Below, piece by piece: positions 16,559-25,480 of a stretch of DNA of 62,804 nt. Origin of the DNA: Alphaproteobacteria bacterium. GTDB taxonomy: Bacteria; Pseudomonadota; Alphaproteobacteria; SMXQ01. The translations under genes were made by a program, and so were the position numbers. The notes beneath the pieces were generated by a model. It saw only the letters and a list, made by a program, of their open reading frames with translations, was not told the origin of the DNA and ran no database searches. The stretch spans positions 1 to 62,804 of the forward strand of contig JAOTVC010000002.1 in NCBI GenBank assembly GCA_029863585.1. The letters run 5' to 3'. Position 1 is the first letter of the stretch. Every line of letters begins with the position of its first letter.

Positions 16559-17248
16559 TTGGATATGGCGAATCCCAAAGGGCATCGTGAGGTTGAATGC
16601 CCTGGTTCCGCCGTCACTCGACAAACCCTGGATCCTTGTCCGGCCGGCTTGGAAGCCTGTGCGGCCTCCCATCATTGGGCGCGGCAACTCAGGACCCTGG
16701 GCCACGGGGCGCGGATAAGGTGTCCGGAACCGGCCGCGAGCTGGCCGCCTGGATCGGCCTGGTGTCCAAGCAGAACTCAGCCGGCGGCAAGGCCCGCATG
16801 GGACGCATCTCCAAGCAACGGGATTCTTGTCACAGATTGCTCCTGGTGGCCGGCGCCATGGCGGTGGTCCGCCACGGGCGCAGGACCGGCTTCAAGGACA
16901 ACCCGTGGCTCGCCGATCTCACGACCCACAAGCCGGCGAAGGTCGCCGCCGTGGCGCTGGCCAACAAGAACGCCCGCACCGCTTGGGCGCTGGCGGTCAG
17001 CGGCGAGACATGCCGAAGGCGGGCTGGCCGCGCCTGAAGCGGCGGAGACATCGAAATTGGCGGGGTGGAGGCGAGGCAACGCAAGGCCGGTCGGGCACCG
17101 GCAGCCGGGAAAACCCGTTTCGGCCAAGGCGCGTCGAGCCCGGGCTCTTAGTTGTGACCCGACCCGCGGGTCGCATGAGGGTCAGCGGTCAGAAACCGCA
17201 TCATCAGGCCGGGCACCTAGCCCACCCGACCAGCTTGTCGCACCGTGA
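16559..17248 (+). mobile_element. decayed IS110-family transposase (internally deleted, frameshifted remnant)
   Basis: Frame a carries LEACAASHHWARQLRTLGH (IS110 N-terminal region). Frame b carries GRELAAWIGLVSKQNSAGGKARMGRISKQ…LLLVAGAMAVVRH…KPAKVAAVALANKNARTAWAL (Transposase_20 C-terminal domain). Tail …DPTRGSHEGQRS returns to frame a. The catalytic middle part is missing. Confidence 0.75.
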
Positions 17249-17308
17249 CAAGATTCCCAGCCAGTCAGGGGCCGTCCCTCCATAGCCATTGGCGGACGAA
17301 ACCCGGTA

Positions 17309-19183
17309 TCAGCTGCAGTCGAGCTGCGTCTTCCCTTCGACTTCATGCACTGAACGGACAAACATCCGGTGTTCCGGCCGACGGTTAAACAGCTCCCGGG
17401 ACAAGGGATTGATGAAATGACTCTCAATCCTGTTTCCGATACCGCGGCCACCTTCGAACCAATCGCTTACACAGAGTCTGCGCAGGTCCCGCAGAGCGTC
17501 TGGCGTGATCTCGATATCGACCCCATGCTCCGCGCGAACCGCCTCCAAGACACGCCCCATAATCGCCGAGAATATTTCCCAGGCGGTTTCTCCCCGCATG
17601 AAATCGAAAGTGACGATGTTTTGCCCGATCCGGTTCATGAGTTCGGGTCGTCCCAGTTCGTATCGGAAATAGCCATGCACTGCATCGACGATTTTACGGT
17701 CAATCTCATCGTAATGATCAGAGGGCAGGATATTCATGCCCATGTTTTGCGAATGATCTTTGCCGATCATGCCGATATTTGAAGTGAAGATTATGAGCGC
17801 CTCGGAGAAATACGCTGTCGAGCCACGCGAATCTGTCAGGCGGCCGTCGTCGAGGATTTGAAGAAACGTGTCGAGGATGCGGGGGTGGGCTTTCTCCACC
17901 TCGTCAAACAGAAGTACGCTGAAGGGTCTCTTGTGCATGGCGTTGACTAGTTCACCACCGCGCTCATGACCTGGATGGCCCGGAGGCGCGCCGATCAGTC
18001 GGTTGATCGAGTTTTCCTCCATGAACTCGGACATATCGAACCTCTGGCACGCAGTATCATCGCCGAATAGGAGTTCGGTGACCGCTTTAGCCAGTTCGGT
18101 CTTGCCAACGCCGGTTGGTCCTGCAAAGAAAAGCACGCCGCGCGGCCGACTGTACCGAGAACTGGTTTGCGATCCAGACAGCCCAACGATCGATCTCACC
18201 AGAATCTCAAGTGTCTTTTCGATTGCCTTGCCCTGACCCTTGATCCGATTGGTCAGAATCTCTTCGGCCCTCAGTATCCGGGATCGCATCACCGGGGATG
18301 TCCACGGGTTTCGCCGCGTTCCGAGGCGGTACGTACGAATTGCCTCGGAGATCTCGCTACATGCCAGACCTTCGTTTTCGGCGAGCCGGGCAACCGACTT
18401 CATGCCAACAAGCGTCATGCCGTCGGATTCGAGAGCGAATTGCTCCAAGAAAGTGGCCTTCTTGGCATCTTCGAGCTGCGCGCCATCCGCGAAATCTGCG
18501 ATCAGGATTTTGGCAAAGGCATAACGGTCTTCCAGATTCGGAAGCTCTACCGACACTTCTCGCAGCGCGTCATTGCCGACAACAAACCACTCGGGAAGAT
18601 CGCCCGGCTTGTCGACGAGCCACAGCGTTGGGCTTAAGAGCATTGAAGCTTCGCCTTGCCTGCCGGCGGCGATCATCATTTGTCGAGCCGCTCTGTCGGC
18701 CTCGACCAACACTTCGGAAAAACCATGAGGCAGTGTTTCAAAAAGATGCGATGCATAGTCAATCACGAATACGATCGGGAAGGCGTTGAGAGTAGTGATG
18801 GATCTGTGAAGCTCGGCAAATTCCGCAGGTGTTGCAGCTTTCTGTCCGAGTTCTAGTCCGCGGTCTGCTACGGCGGACACGGCGTGGTCGTCACATTCGT
18901 TGTGTAGTCTCAGTCCGCCATCGGGATCGTAGAAGAACAGGGCGCCGTACTTCTGTTCCCGCGCAATGCGCCAGAGGATTTGCTCAAAAGAAAGAAACGC
19001 CACCTCGGTTCCGTCATCCAGTGGGTAGAGGTCGCGCAGGTTCCCGGAGATTGCGAAATGCGGTCGGGTGGATAAACCCGAATTGAGTTCATCAAACCAC
19101 ACCGGGACCGCCCATTCCCCTGCCCTCGATAGCCGGGTTTCGGCCGGTTCCCTGACGCCGATGACTGCTAACTCGCGCTCCAT
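17309..19183 (-). CDS. orphan Clp/Hsp100-like AAA+ ATPase: degenerate D1-like N-half + intact ClpA/B-type D2 and D2-small
   Basis: ATG 19183 (MERELAV…) with GAGGA ~9 nt upstream, inside track ORF 17309..19333. D2 motifs: GPTGVGKTELAKA, DMSEFMEENSINRLIGAPPG, LLFDEVEKAHP, LQILDDGRLTD, IFTSNIG. The N-half lacks GK[ST]. Confidence 0.85.
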   Translation of the reverse strand: MERELAVIGVREPAETRLSRAGEWAVPVWFDELNSGLSTRPHFAISGNLRDLYPLDDGTEVAFLSFEQILWRIAREQKYGALFFYDPDGGLRLHNECDDHAVSAVADRGLELGQKAATPAEFAELHRSITTLNAFPIVFVIDYASHLFETLPHGFSEVLVEADRAARQMMIAAGRQGEASMLLSPTLWLVDKPGDLPEWFVVGNDALREVSVELPNLEDRYAFAKILIADFADGAQLEDAKKATFLEQFALESDGMTLVGMKSVARLAENEGLACSEISEAIRTYRLGTRRNPWTSPVMRSRILRAEEILTNRIKGQGKAIEKTLEILVRSIVGLSGSQTSSRYSRPRGVLFFAGPTGVGKTELAKAVTELLFGDDTACQRFDMSEFMEENSINRLIGAPPGHPGHERGGELVNAMHKRPFSVLLFDEVEKAHPRILDTFLQILDDGRLTDSRGSTAYFSEALIIFTSNIGMIGKDHSQNMGMNILPSDHYDEIDRKIVDAVHGYFRYELGRPELMNRIGQNIVTFDFMRGETAWEIFSAIMGRVLEAVRAEHGVDIEITPDALRDLRRLCVSDWFEGGRGIGNRIESHFINPLSRELFNRRPEHRMFVRSVHEVEGKTQLDCS

Positions 19184-19661
19184 TAATGCTGGTCCTCGAA
19201 GTCGATGCTCTTCGCGATTGTGATTTCCAGAATTTCGACCACGGGCTGTCTTCCTGCCCGGCCGATTCCAATACCTGTTCCACGCAACAGGCCTGACCGC
19301 AAACCAGGCTTGCGCGTCACGGCAAGTCTTCAACGCTTGTAACGGTATGTTGGTTAACGATTTTCTAATGCCGCCCCAAAAGCTAGGGCAGGCGGGGCCC
19401 CGCCGCCCGGTATCTGAGGCGCCTCACGGATTGCAGGGATCGATCCGCTCATCCCGATGCCCAGGACGGGGGTCCCGGTCCCGCGGCCCGTGAGAAGATC
19501 GGGAAAGCGCGAGAAACGTGGAATTTCCCTATAGAATCCCCGGACCGGATAGACGGCATGGACTCCGCCCGGAGAGCCGATATCCTTTTCAAAGGCAACC
19601 CGGTCGACCGGCGCGAAGTCATGGGCGCGGTCAAATCCGGAGAATAGAAGGGCTCGGAATC

Positions 19662-20150
19662 ATGAGGGCGTACCTAACCTATCATGCGGAAGCGGTTGCC
19701 AGAGAGCGGAACGAATCGCCGCGCCTCTTGACGGACAAGGGTCGGGAGGATGCGCGGCGCCTGGGTCTCTTCCTGAAGAAGGACGGGATCGGCAAAGCCC
19801 GCGTTCTGCATAACGGGACAACCTGGATCCAGGAAAATGCGGAAATCCTGGCAAGGGCATTGGAAGACGGAAACACCGACATCGTATCCACGCCCCTCTA
19901 TCCCCTCAATGCCAAGGCGGATATCGAACCCTTGATCGACGCCCTAAACTCGGCTTCGGACGATGTCGTCGCCGTCCTTCCCAGTGATGTGACCTTTCGG
20001 ACCGCGACCCAATTGATTGCCGGCCGTCAAACGCCTCACGCGGTGTCCATGACCAACGGCGGCGCGGTCTGCCTGGAACGCGGCGGCGAGGGGGTGTGGA
20101 GCATCGTTTGGCTCGTGACGACAAAGCAGCTTGCGGCCTTGCGGGATTGA
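19662..20150 (+). CDS. SixA/histidine-phosphatase-like protein (divergent active site)
   Basis: ATG 19662 is in frame with track ORF 19518..20150. 162 aa. Overall SixA-like layout (…LTDKGREDARRLGLFLKK…RVLHNGTTWIQENAEIL…), but YHA replaces the RHG motif. Confidence 0.45.
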   Translation: MRAYLTYHAEAVARERNESPRLLTDKGREDARRLGLFLKKDGIGKARVLHNGTTWIQENAEILARALEDGNTDIVSTPLYPLNAKADIEPLIDALNSASDDVVAVLPSDVTFRTATQLIAGRQTPHAVSMTNGGAVCLERGGEGVWSIVWLVTTKQLAALRD

Positions 20151-20248
20151 TTCGCGCCAAGCGGCGCCATTGTGACGCCGATTTCCGCCGGACGGTTGTT
20201 CCGATGCGATGCCGGCTTGAATCGTCAGGCCCGTTGGGTGGCGCCGGC

Positions 20249-20770
20249 TCAGGCAACCGTCCCCGGCCGGCCGCCGGGTCCGAGGTCGTCCACCACCTGT
20301 TCGGAACCGATCAGGCGTTTGAGGATCCTGAGCCCCCAGTCGTGATAATCCGGCCCCGCGTGGGAGGCGCAGGCGGCGGCCAGGACCACCGGGCGGTATC
20401 CCGCCTCGAACAGGTCGACGGCGCATTTCAGGACGCAGTTGTCGGTGGCGATGCCGCAGAGATGCACTTCGGTGGCGTTCATCATCTCGATCCGCGCGCG
20501 AAAGCCGGCATCGATGCAGCCATAGGAAAATTTCTCGATCAAGGCGGTGCCCGGCGGCGGGACGAAGGCCAGTTGGGTATCCTCGCTCCCCGGCGCGAAC
20601 CGGTCCCAGTGGATCAGGCGGCGGTAGGCGGAGCCGTGAGGGTTGATGAACCGGGTGGCGATCACTCTTTCGTAGTGCGCCGCCAGGGCCACCACGATCC
20701 CCGGAATGCCCGCGGTGTGCGCGTTGATGAAGCCTTTCTGGACGTCGATGATGAGAAGCGGAACGGTCAT
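20249..20770 (-). CDS. isochorismatase-family cysteine hydrolase (nicotinamidase-like)
   Basis: MTVPLLIIDVQKGF… and HLCGIATDNCVLKCAVD (catalytic Cys context). Start taken at ATG 20770; the track's upstream TTG at 20788 is possible. Confidence 0.8.
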   Translation of the reverse strand: MTVPLLIIDVQKGFINAHTAGIPGIVVALAAHYERVIATRFINPHGSAYRRLIHWDRFAPGSEDTQLAFVPPPGTALIEKFSYGCIDAGFRARIEMMNATEVHLCGIATDNCVLKCAVDLFEAGYRPVVLAAACASHAGPDYHDWGLRILKRLIGSEQVVDDLGPGGRPGTVA

Positions 20771-20909
20771 GGGGGCCCCGGATTGCAAGGTTCTTGCCGG
20801 TTATTGGGCGCTTTAACCTAAGGTTCGGCGCCGTCTTTTACTTTGTGGCATACTTCGCGCCCCTATATAAGGCGAAAGGCGGCGCACCGATGCCCGCCGC
20901 CGGATCGAT

Positions 20910-23756
20910 GTGATGCTGGAAACCCTGTCGCCTGAATCCACTCTCCCTGCCGTCCCCGCCTCGGGCGTCGCGGGCCTGGCGGCGCGTCTGCAGGTGCTGG
21001 CCGCAAGCGATGTCCCGCGGGACGCGCTGCGTCCCGATGTGCTGGCGGCGGCGGCGGAAGCGCTGGCGTCAAGCCGGGAAGAGATCCGGGCGCGGTTTTT
21101 TTCGGGCGAACTCACCGGCACGGGACTGGTCGCCGCCAACACGGCGATGACCGATGCGCTGATCTTAGCCTTGTTCTCGTTCACGACCCAAACGGTCTAC
21201 CCCCGCGCCAACCCGACCCAGGGCGAACGCATGGCGCTGGTGGCGGTGGGCGGTTACGGGCGGGGCGAGCTGGCGCCCCATTCGGATATCGATCTCCTGT
21301 TCCTGCTGCCCTACAAGAAGAACGCCTATACCGAACAGGTCATCGAATACATCCTCTACCTGCTGTGGGACCTCGGCTTCAAGGTGGGGCAGGCAATCCG
21401 GTCCGTCGACGATTGCATGCGGCTCGGCAAGGACGACATCACGATTCGCACGGCGATGCTGGAAACCCGTCTGGTGGCGGGGGAGAATCCCCTGTTCGAG
21501 TCCCTGCGCCAGCGCTTCCGGACCGAGATCGCCGAAGGCACCGGGCCCGATTTCGTGGAGGCCAAGCTGGCCGAGCGGGACGAGCGCCACGCCCGCACCG
21601 GGGACTCGCGCTATGTCCTGGAACCCAACGTCAAGGAAGGCAAAGGGGGCCTGCGCGATCTCCATACGCTGTTCTGGATCGCCAAGTACATCTACGGCGT
21701 CGAGGAGATCTCCGCGATGGTGGATCTCGGCGTCATCTCGGCCCGCGAGGCGCGGCGCTTCGCCAAGGCGCAGAACTATCTCTGGACCGTGCGCGCCTAT
21801 CTCCACTATCTGACGGGACGGGAGGAGGACCGGCTGACCTTCGACCGCCAGGAACAGGTGGCCGAGCTGATGGGCTATGCGGACCGCGCCGGCGCGCGCG
21901 GTGTCGAACGCTTCATGAAGCATTACTTCCTTTATGCCAAGGAGGTGGGGGACCTGACCCGTATCTTCTGCGCGGCGCTGGAGGCTCAGCACAAGCGCCG
22001 CCCGCGCCTGCGCTTTCCCACCTTCGGCCTGGGCCAGCGCGAGGTCGACGGCTTCCTCATCGAGCAGGGTCGGCTGCGGGTGTCCAGTGACAGCCTGTTC
22101 CGGGACGATCCCGTCGCCCTGTTGCGGCTGTTCGCGGTGGCCCATCGCGAACAGGTGGATATCCATCCGGCGACCCTCAGGCTGGTGACCCGGTCCCTCC
22201 CCCTGATCGATGACGACCTGCGTCAGGATGAGAGCGCCAACCGGCTGTTCATCGATCTTCTGACCCACGAGCGCAACCCGGAGGTCATGCTGCGCCGCAT
22301 GAACGAAGCCGGCGTGTTCGGTCGTTTCGTGCCGGATTTCGGGCGCGTGGTGGGCCAGATGCAGCACGACATGTATCACGTCTACACGGTCGACGAGCAC
22401 ACCATCCGGGCGCTCGGCATCCTCCACAGCATCGAGGACGGCCAGATGACGGACGTGATGCCGGTCGCCAGCGAGGTCGTCCACAAGCTGGGCTCCCGCC
22501 GGGCGCTCTATGTCGCGGTTCTGCTTCACGATATCGCCAAGGGGCGCGGCGGCGATCATTCCGAGATCGGCGCCGATATCGCCCTGCAGGCCGGGCCGCG
22601 GCTCGGCCTCACCGAGGAAGAGACCGAAACCGTCTCCTGGCTGGTGCGCCAGCACCTGTTCATGAGCTATACCGCGCTGCACCGCGATGTCGGCGATCCC
22701 AAGACGATGGCCGATTTCGTCGAGGTGGTGCAGTCGCTGGAGCGTCTGCGCCTGCTGCTGTGCCTGACCGTCGCCGATATCCGCGCGGTGGGCCCCAATG
22801 TGTGGAACGGTTGGAAGGCGGCGCTCCTGCGTGAGCTCTATTACGGGGCCGAGGACGCGATGTCGGGGCAGTTGTCGGTGCGGGGACGCTCCGAACGTGC
22901 CGAAGCGGCAAAAGAGGAGCTTCAGGCCCGGTTGCCGGACTGGAGCGCCGAGGCGTTCGCGCAATTCGCCTCCCGGGTTCCGGCACCGTATTGGCTGGCC
23001 TTCGATACCGATACCCAGCTCCGTCATGCCGCGATCGTCCGCGAAGCCAAGGCCGAAGACGCGCCGCTCAAGATCGATACCCGGGTGGACACTTTCCGCG
23101 CCATCACCGAGGTGACCGTCCACACCATCGACGATTGGGGTCTGTTCTCGCGCATCGCCGGGGCCATGGCGCTGTCGGGCGCCAATATCGTCGATGCCAA
23201 GGTCTTCACCTTGACCGACGGCATGGCGCTGGATTCGTTCTGGATCCAGAACGTCAACGGCGAAGCCTTCGACGGATCCCGCGAACTCCGCCGGCTGAAG
23301 GACAACCTGGCGCAGATCATCTCCAAGCAACGCCGCTTGCCGGGGCGCCTGAACCTCAAGGAGAACCGGCCGGACCGGACCCAGGTGTTCCGCGAACAGC
23401 CCCGGGTGATCATCGACAATTCGGCGTCCAGCGCCAACACGGTGATCGAGGTCAACGGCCGCGACCGGCCCGGCTTCCTCTACGACGTGACCACGGCCCT
23501 GACCGAATTGAACCTGCAGATTTCCACCGCCAAGATCGCCACCTTCGGGACCCGGGCGGTGGACGTGTTCTACGTGAAGGACCTGTTCGGCCTGAAGGTG
23601 ACCCACGAGAAACGCCTGGAGGCGATCCGCGAGCGGCTGCTGGAGGCCATCGGCGCCCCCGACGGCAAGCCCGGTCCCAAGATTGAGGCGAAACCGAAGG
23701 CTACCGCGCCAACCGGCGATACGGCGGCCAAGCGGAAAAAATTCAGGAAAGACTAA
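20910..23756 (+). CDS. glnD: [protein-PII] uridylyltransferase/uridylyl-removing enzyme
   Basis: About 948 aa. Nucleotidyltransferase region (GGYGRGELAPHSDIDLLFL), HD domain (LLHDIAKG), and two C-terminal ACT-like repeats. Confidence 0.95.
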   Translation: MMLETLSPESTLPAVPASGVAGLAARLQVLAASDVPRDALRPDVLAAAAEALASSREEIRARFFSGELTGTGLVAANTAMTDALILALFSFTTQTVYPRANPTQGERMALVAVGGYGRGELAPHSDIDLLFLLPYKKNAYTEQVIEYILYLLWDLGFKVGQAIRSVDDCMRLGKDDITIRTAMLETRLVAGENPLFESLRQRFRTEIAEGTGPDFVEAKLAERDERHARTGDSRYVLEPNVKEGKGGLRDLHTLFWIAKYIYGVEEISAMVDLGVISAREARRFAKAQNYLWTVRAYLHYLTGREEDRLTFDRQEQVAELMGYADRAGARGVERFMKHYFLYAKEVGDLTRIFCAALEAQHKRRPRLRFPTFGLGQREVDGFLIEQGRLRVSSDSLFRDDPVALLRLFAVAHREQVDIHPATLRLVTRSLPLIDDDLRQDESANRLFIDLLTHERNPEVMLRRMNEAGVFGRFVPDFGRVVGQMQHDMYHVYTVDEHTIRALGILHSIEDGQMTDVMPVASEVVHKLGSRRALYVAVLLHDIAKGRGGDHSEIGADIALQAGPRLGLTEEETETVSWLVRQHLFMSYTALHRDVGDPKTMADFVEVVQSLERLRLLLCLTVADIRAVGPNVWNGWKAALLRELYYGAEDAMSGQLSVRGRSERAEAAKEELQARLPDWSAEAFAQFASRVPAPYWLAFDTDTQLRHAAIVREAKAEDAPLKIDTRVDTFRAITEVTVHTIDDWGLFSRIAGAMALSGANIVDAKVFTLTDGMALDSFWIQNVNGEAFDGSRELRRLKDNLAQIISKQRRLPGRLNLKENRPDRTQVFREQPRVIIDNSASSANTVIEVNGRDRPGFLYDVTTALTELNLQISTAKIATFGTRAVDVFYVKDLFGLKVTHEKRLEAIRERLLEAIGAPDGKPGPKIEAKPKATAPTGDTAAKRKKFRKD

Positions 23757-23785
23757 GTGGCATCCCCGCGACCCGGGCCCGCGCA

Positions 23786-25369
23786 ATGGCGCTGATTCGC
23801 TCCATAACCACCGTCGGCGGCATCACGCTGTTGAGCCGGCTGGCGGGGTTCCTGCGCGACGTGCTGTTGGCCGCCGTCCTGGGCGCCGGCCCGGCGGCCG
23901 ACGCGTTCTTCGTCGCCTTCAAGTTTCCCAACCTGTTTCGCCGGTTGTTCGCGGAAGGCGCCTTCGCCGCCGCCTTCGTGCCGACCTATTCCGGCCTGCT
24001 GGTCACCGCCGGGCGCGATGCCGCGCGCCGTTTCGCCGAAGACTCCCTCGCCGTCCTGCTGGTCGTGTTGTTTGCCCTGGTCGCCGCCGTCGAGGTTCTG
24101 ATGCCCTACGCCATGATGGGCCTGGCCCCGGGTTTCCTGAGCGACCCGGAAAAATTCGCCTTCGCGGTGGAGCTTGCCCGCATCACCTTTCCCTACCTCC
24201 TGTTCATATCCCTTGTCGCCCTGATGGGGGCGGTGCTCAACGCCCATGACCGGTTCGCCGTCCCCGCGGCGGCGCCGATCATCCTCAATCTGGTGCTGAT
24301 CGCGGCGATCCTCGGCTGGGGGCGGTTCGCCGGCTCGCCCGCCGAAGGGCTTGCCTGGGGCGTGGCGGCGGCGGGTGTCCTTCAGTTCTTCTGGGTCGGC
24401 CTGGCGCTGGCGCGCGGCGGCCACGGGCTGGCCTTGCGTTGGCCCCGTCTCAGCCCCGACGTCCGCAAGCTTCTGCGCCTGATGCTTCCGGTGGCTCTGG
24501 GGGCCGGCGTCTACCAGATCAACGTCCTGGTCGACGTGGTGATCGGCTCGCTGCTGACGTCGGGGGCCATCTCCTACCTATATTACGCCGACCGCGTGAG
24601 CCAGTTGCCGCTCGGTGTCATCGGCATCGCCGTTGCCACCGCCCTGCTGCCGCTGCTATCTCGCCAGATCAGGTCGGGCGACGAGGCGGCGGCGCTCGAC
24701 AGCCAGAATCGGGCGCTGGAATTCGCCCTGTTGCTGACGGTGCCCGCGGCCTTCGCGCTTGTTGCTGCCGCCCAGCCGGTGATCACCGTGCTGTTCGGCC
24801 GCGGCGCCTTCGGGCCGGAATCCCAGGAGGCCACGGGTCAGGTGCTCGCCGCCTATGCCCTGGGCCTGCCGGCCCATGTCCTGGTCAAGGTGCTGGCGAC
24901 GGGGTATTTCGCCCGGCAAGACACCAAGACGCCGGTCAAGGTGGCGGTGGTCGCGCTGACGGTGAACGTTGTCCTCAACCTCGCCCTGATGGGGCCGTTC
25001 GCCTATGTCGGCATCGCGCTGGCGACCTCGGCCTCGGCCTGGGTCAATTGCGGACTGCTGGCCCTCGGCCTGCGCCGGCGCGGACGCCTCAGTCCGGACC
25101 GGCAGTTCCGGCGCAAGCTGCCGCGGATGGTGTTGTCCTCTCTGGTGATGGCGGGGGCGGTCTATGCCGCTGTCGACCAGATCGGGCCTGTGTTCGATGC
25201 CGCCGAACCGGTGCGCCTCGCCGCCCTTGCCGGGCTGGTCGCGGCGGGTGTCGCGGTCTACGCATTTCTGGCCCAGATCTCGGGCGCCATGACCTTGGCC
25301 GAATTGAAGGCCGGCATGGGCCGCGGTGCGCTCGGCGCGGGTCCCGAGGGGGGCGCGCCGGCGTCCTGA
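23786..25369 (+). CDS. murJ: lipid II flippase MurJ (MviN)
   Basis: N-terminus LLSRLAGFLRDVLLAAVLGAGPAADAFFVAFKFPNLFRRLFAEGAF is the classical MurJ signature. Polytopic membrane protein of 527 aa. Confidence 0.95.
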   Translation: MALIRSITTVGGITLLSRLAGFLRDVLLAAVLGAGPAADAFFVAFKFPNLFRRLFAEGAFAAAFVPTYSGLLVTAGRDAARRFAEDSLAVLLVVLFALVAAVEVLMPYAMMGLAPGFLSDPEKFAFAVELARITFPYLLFISLVALMGAVLNAHDRFAVPAAAPIILNLVLIAAILGWGRFAGSPAEGLAWGVAAAGVLQFFWVGLALARGGHGLALRWPRLSPDVRKLLRLMLPVALGAGVYQINVLVDVVIGSLLTSGAISYLYYADRVSQLPLGVIGIAVATALLPLLSRQIRSGDEAAALDSQNRALEFALLLTVPAAFALVAAAQPVITVLFGRGAFGPESQEATGQVLAAYALGLPAHVLVKVLATGYFARQDTKTPVKVAVVALTVNVVLNLALMGPFAYVGIALATSASAWVNCGLLALGLRRRGRLSPDRQFRRKLPRMVLSSLVMAGAVYAAVDQIGPVFDAAEPVRLAALAGLVAAGVAVYAFLAQISGAMTLAELKAGMGRGALGAGPEGGAPAS

Positions 25370-25480
25370 CCCGGGTCGTCCCCTTTGATCGGGGGGCAAT
25401 GGCCGGAAACCATTGACCGGATCGCCGCCTTGGGGCCATAAACAGCGCCCGTGAACCGGCAAGCTTCGGCGGATAGAAAG

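Noticed and set aside
16777-17285. ORFs of 116-152 aa on both strands inside and just after the IS110 remnant.
   Set aside because: They are out-of-frame readings of the decayed transposase region and have Arg/Gly/Pro-rich composition.
20846-20860. A sigma54-like TGGCAT…GC element upstream of glnD.
   Set aside because: The GG-to-GC spacing is two nt too short relative to TGGCAC-N5-TTGC, and the -12 TTGC is absent.
21165-23786. Very long ORFs antisense to well-recognised genes: 873 aa opposite glnD, plus 45969..48581 opposite nusA/ylxR, 52378..54966 opposite pnp, 49543..51252 opposite infB, 3372..4595 opposite the porin, 41042..42451 opposite lnt, 55232..56647 opposite the NMO gene, 24656..25975 opposite murJ/trpS, and 6361..7521 opposite the decaheme cytochrome.
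   Set aside because: These are typical high-GC shadow ORFs. Their translations are Arg/Gly/Pro/Ala/His-rich low-complexity strings with no motifs, while the opposite strand carries unmistakable conserved proteins.
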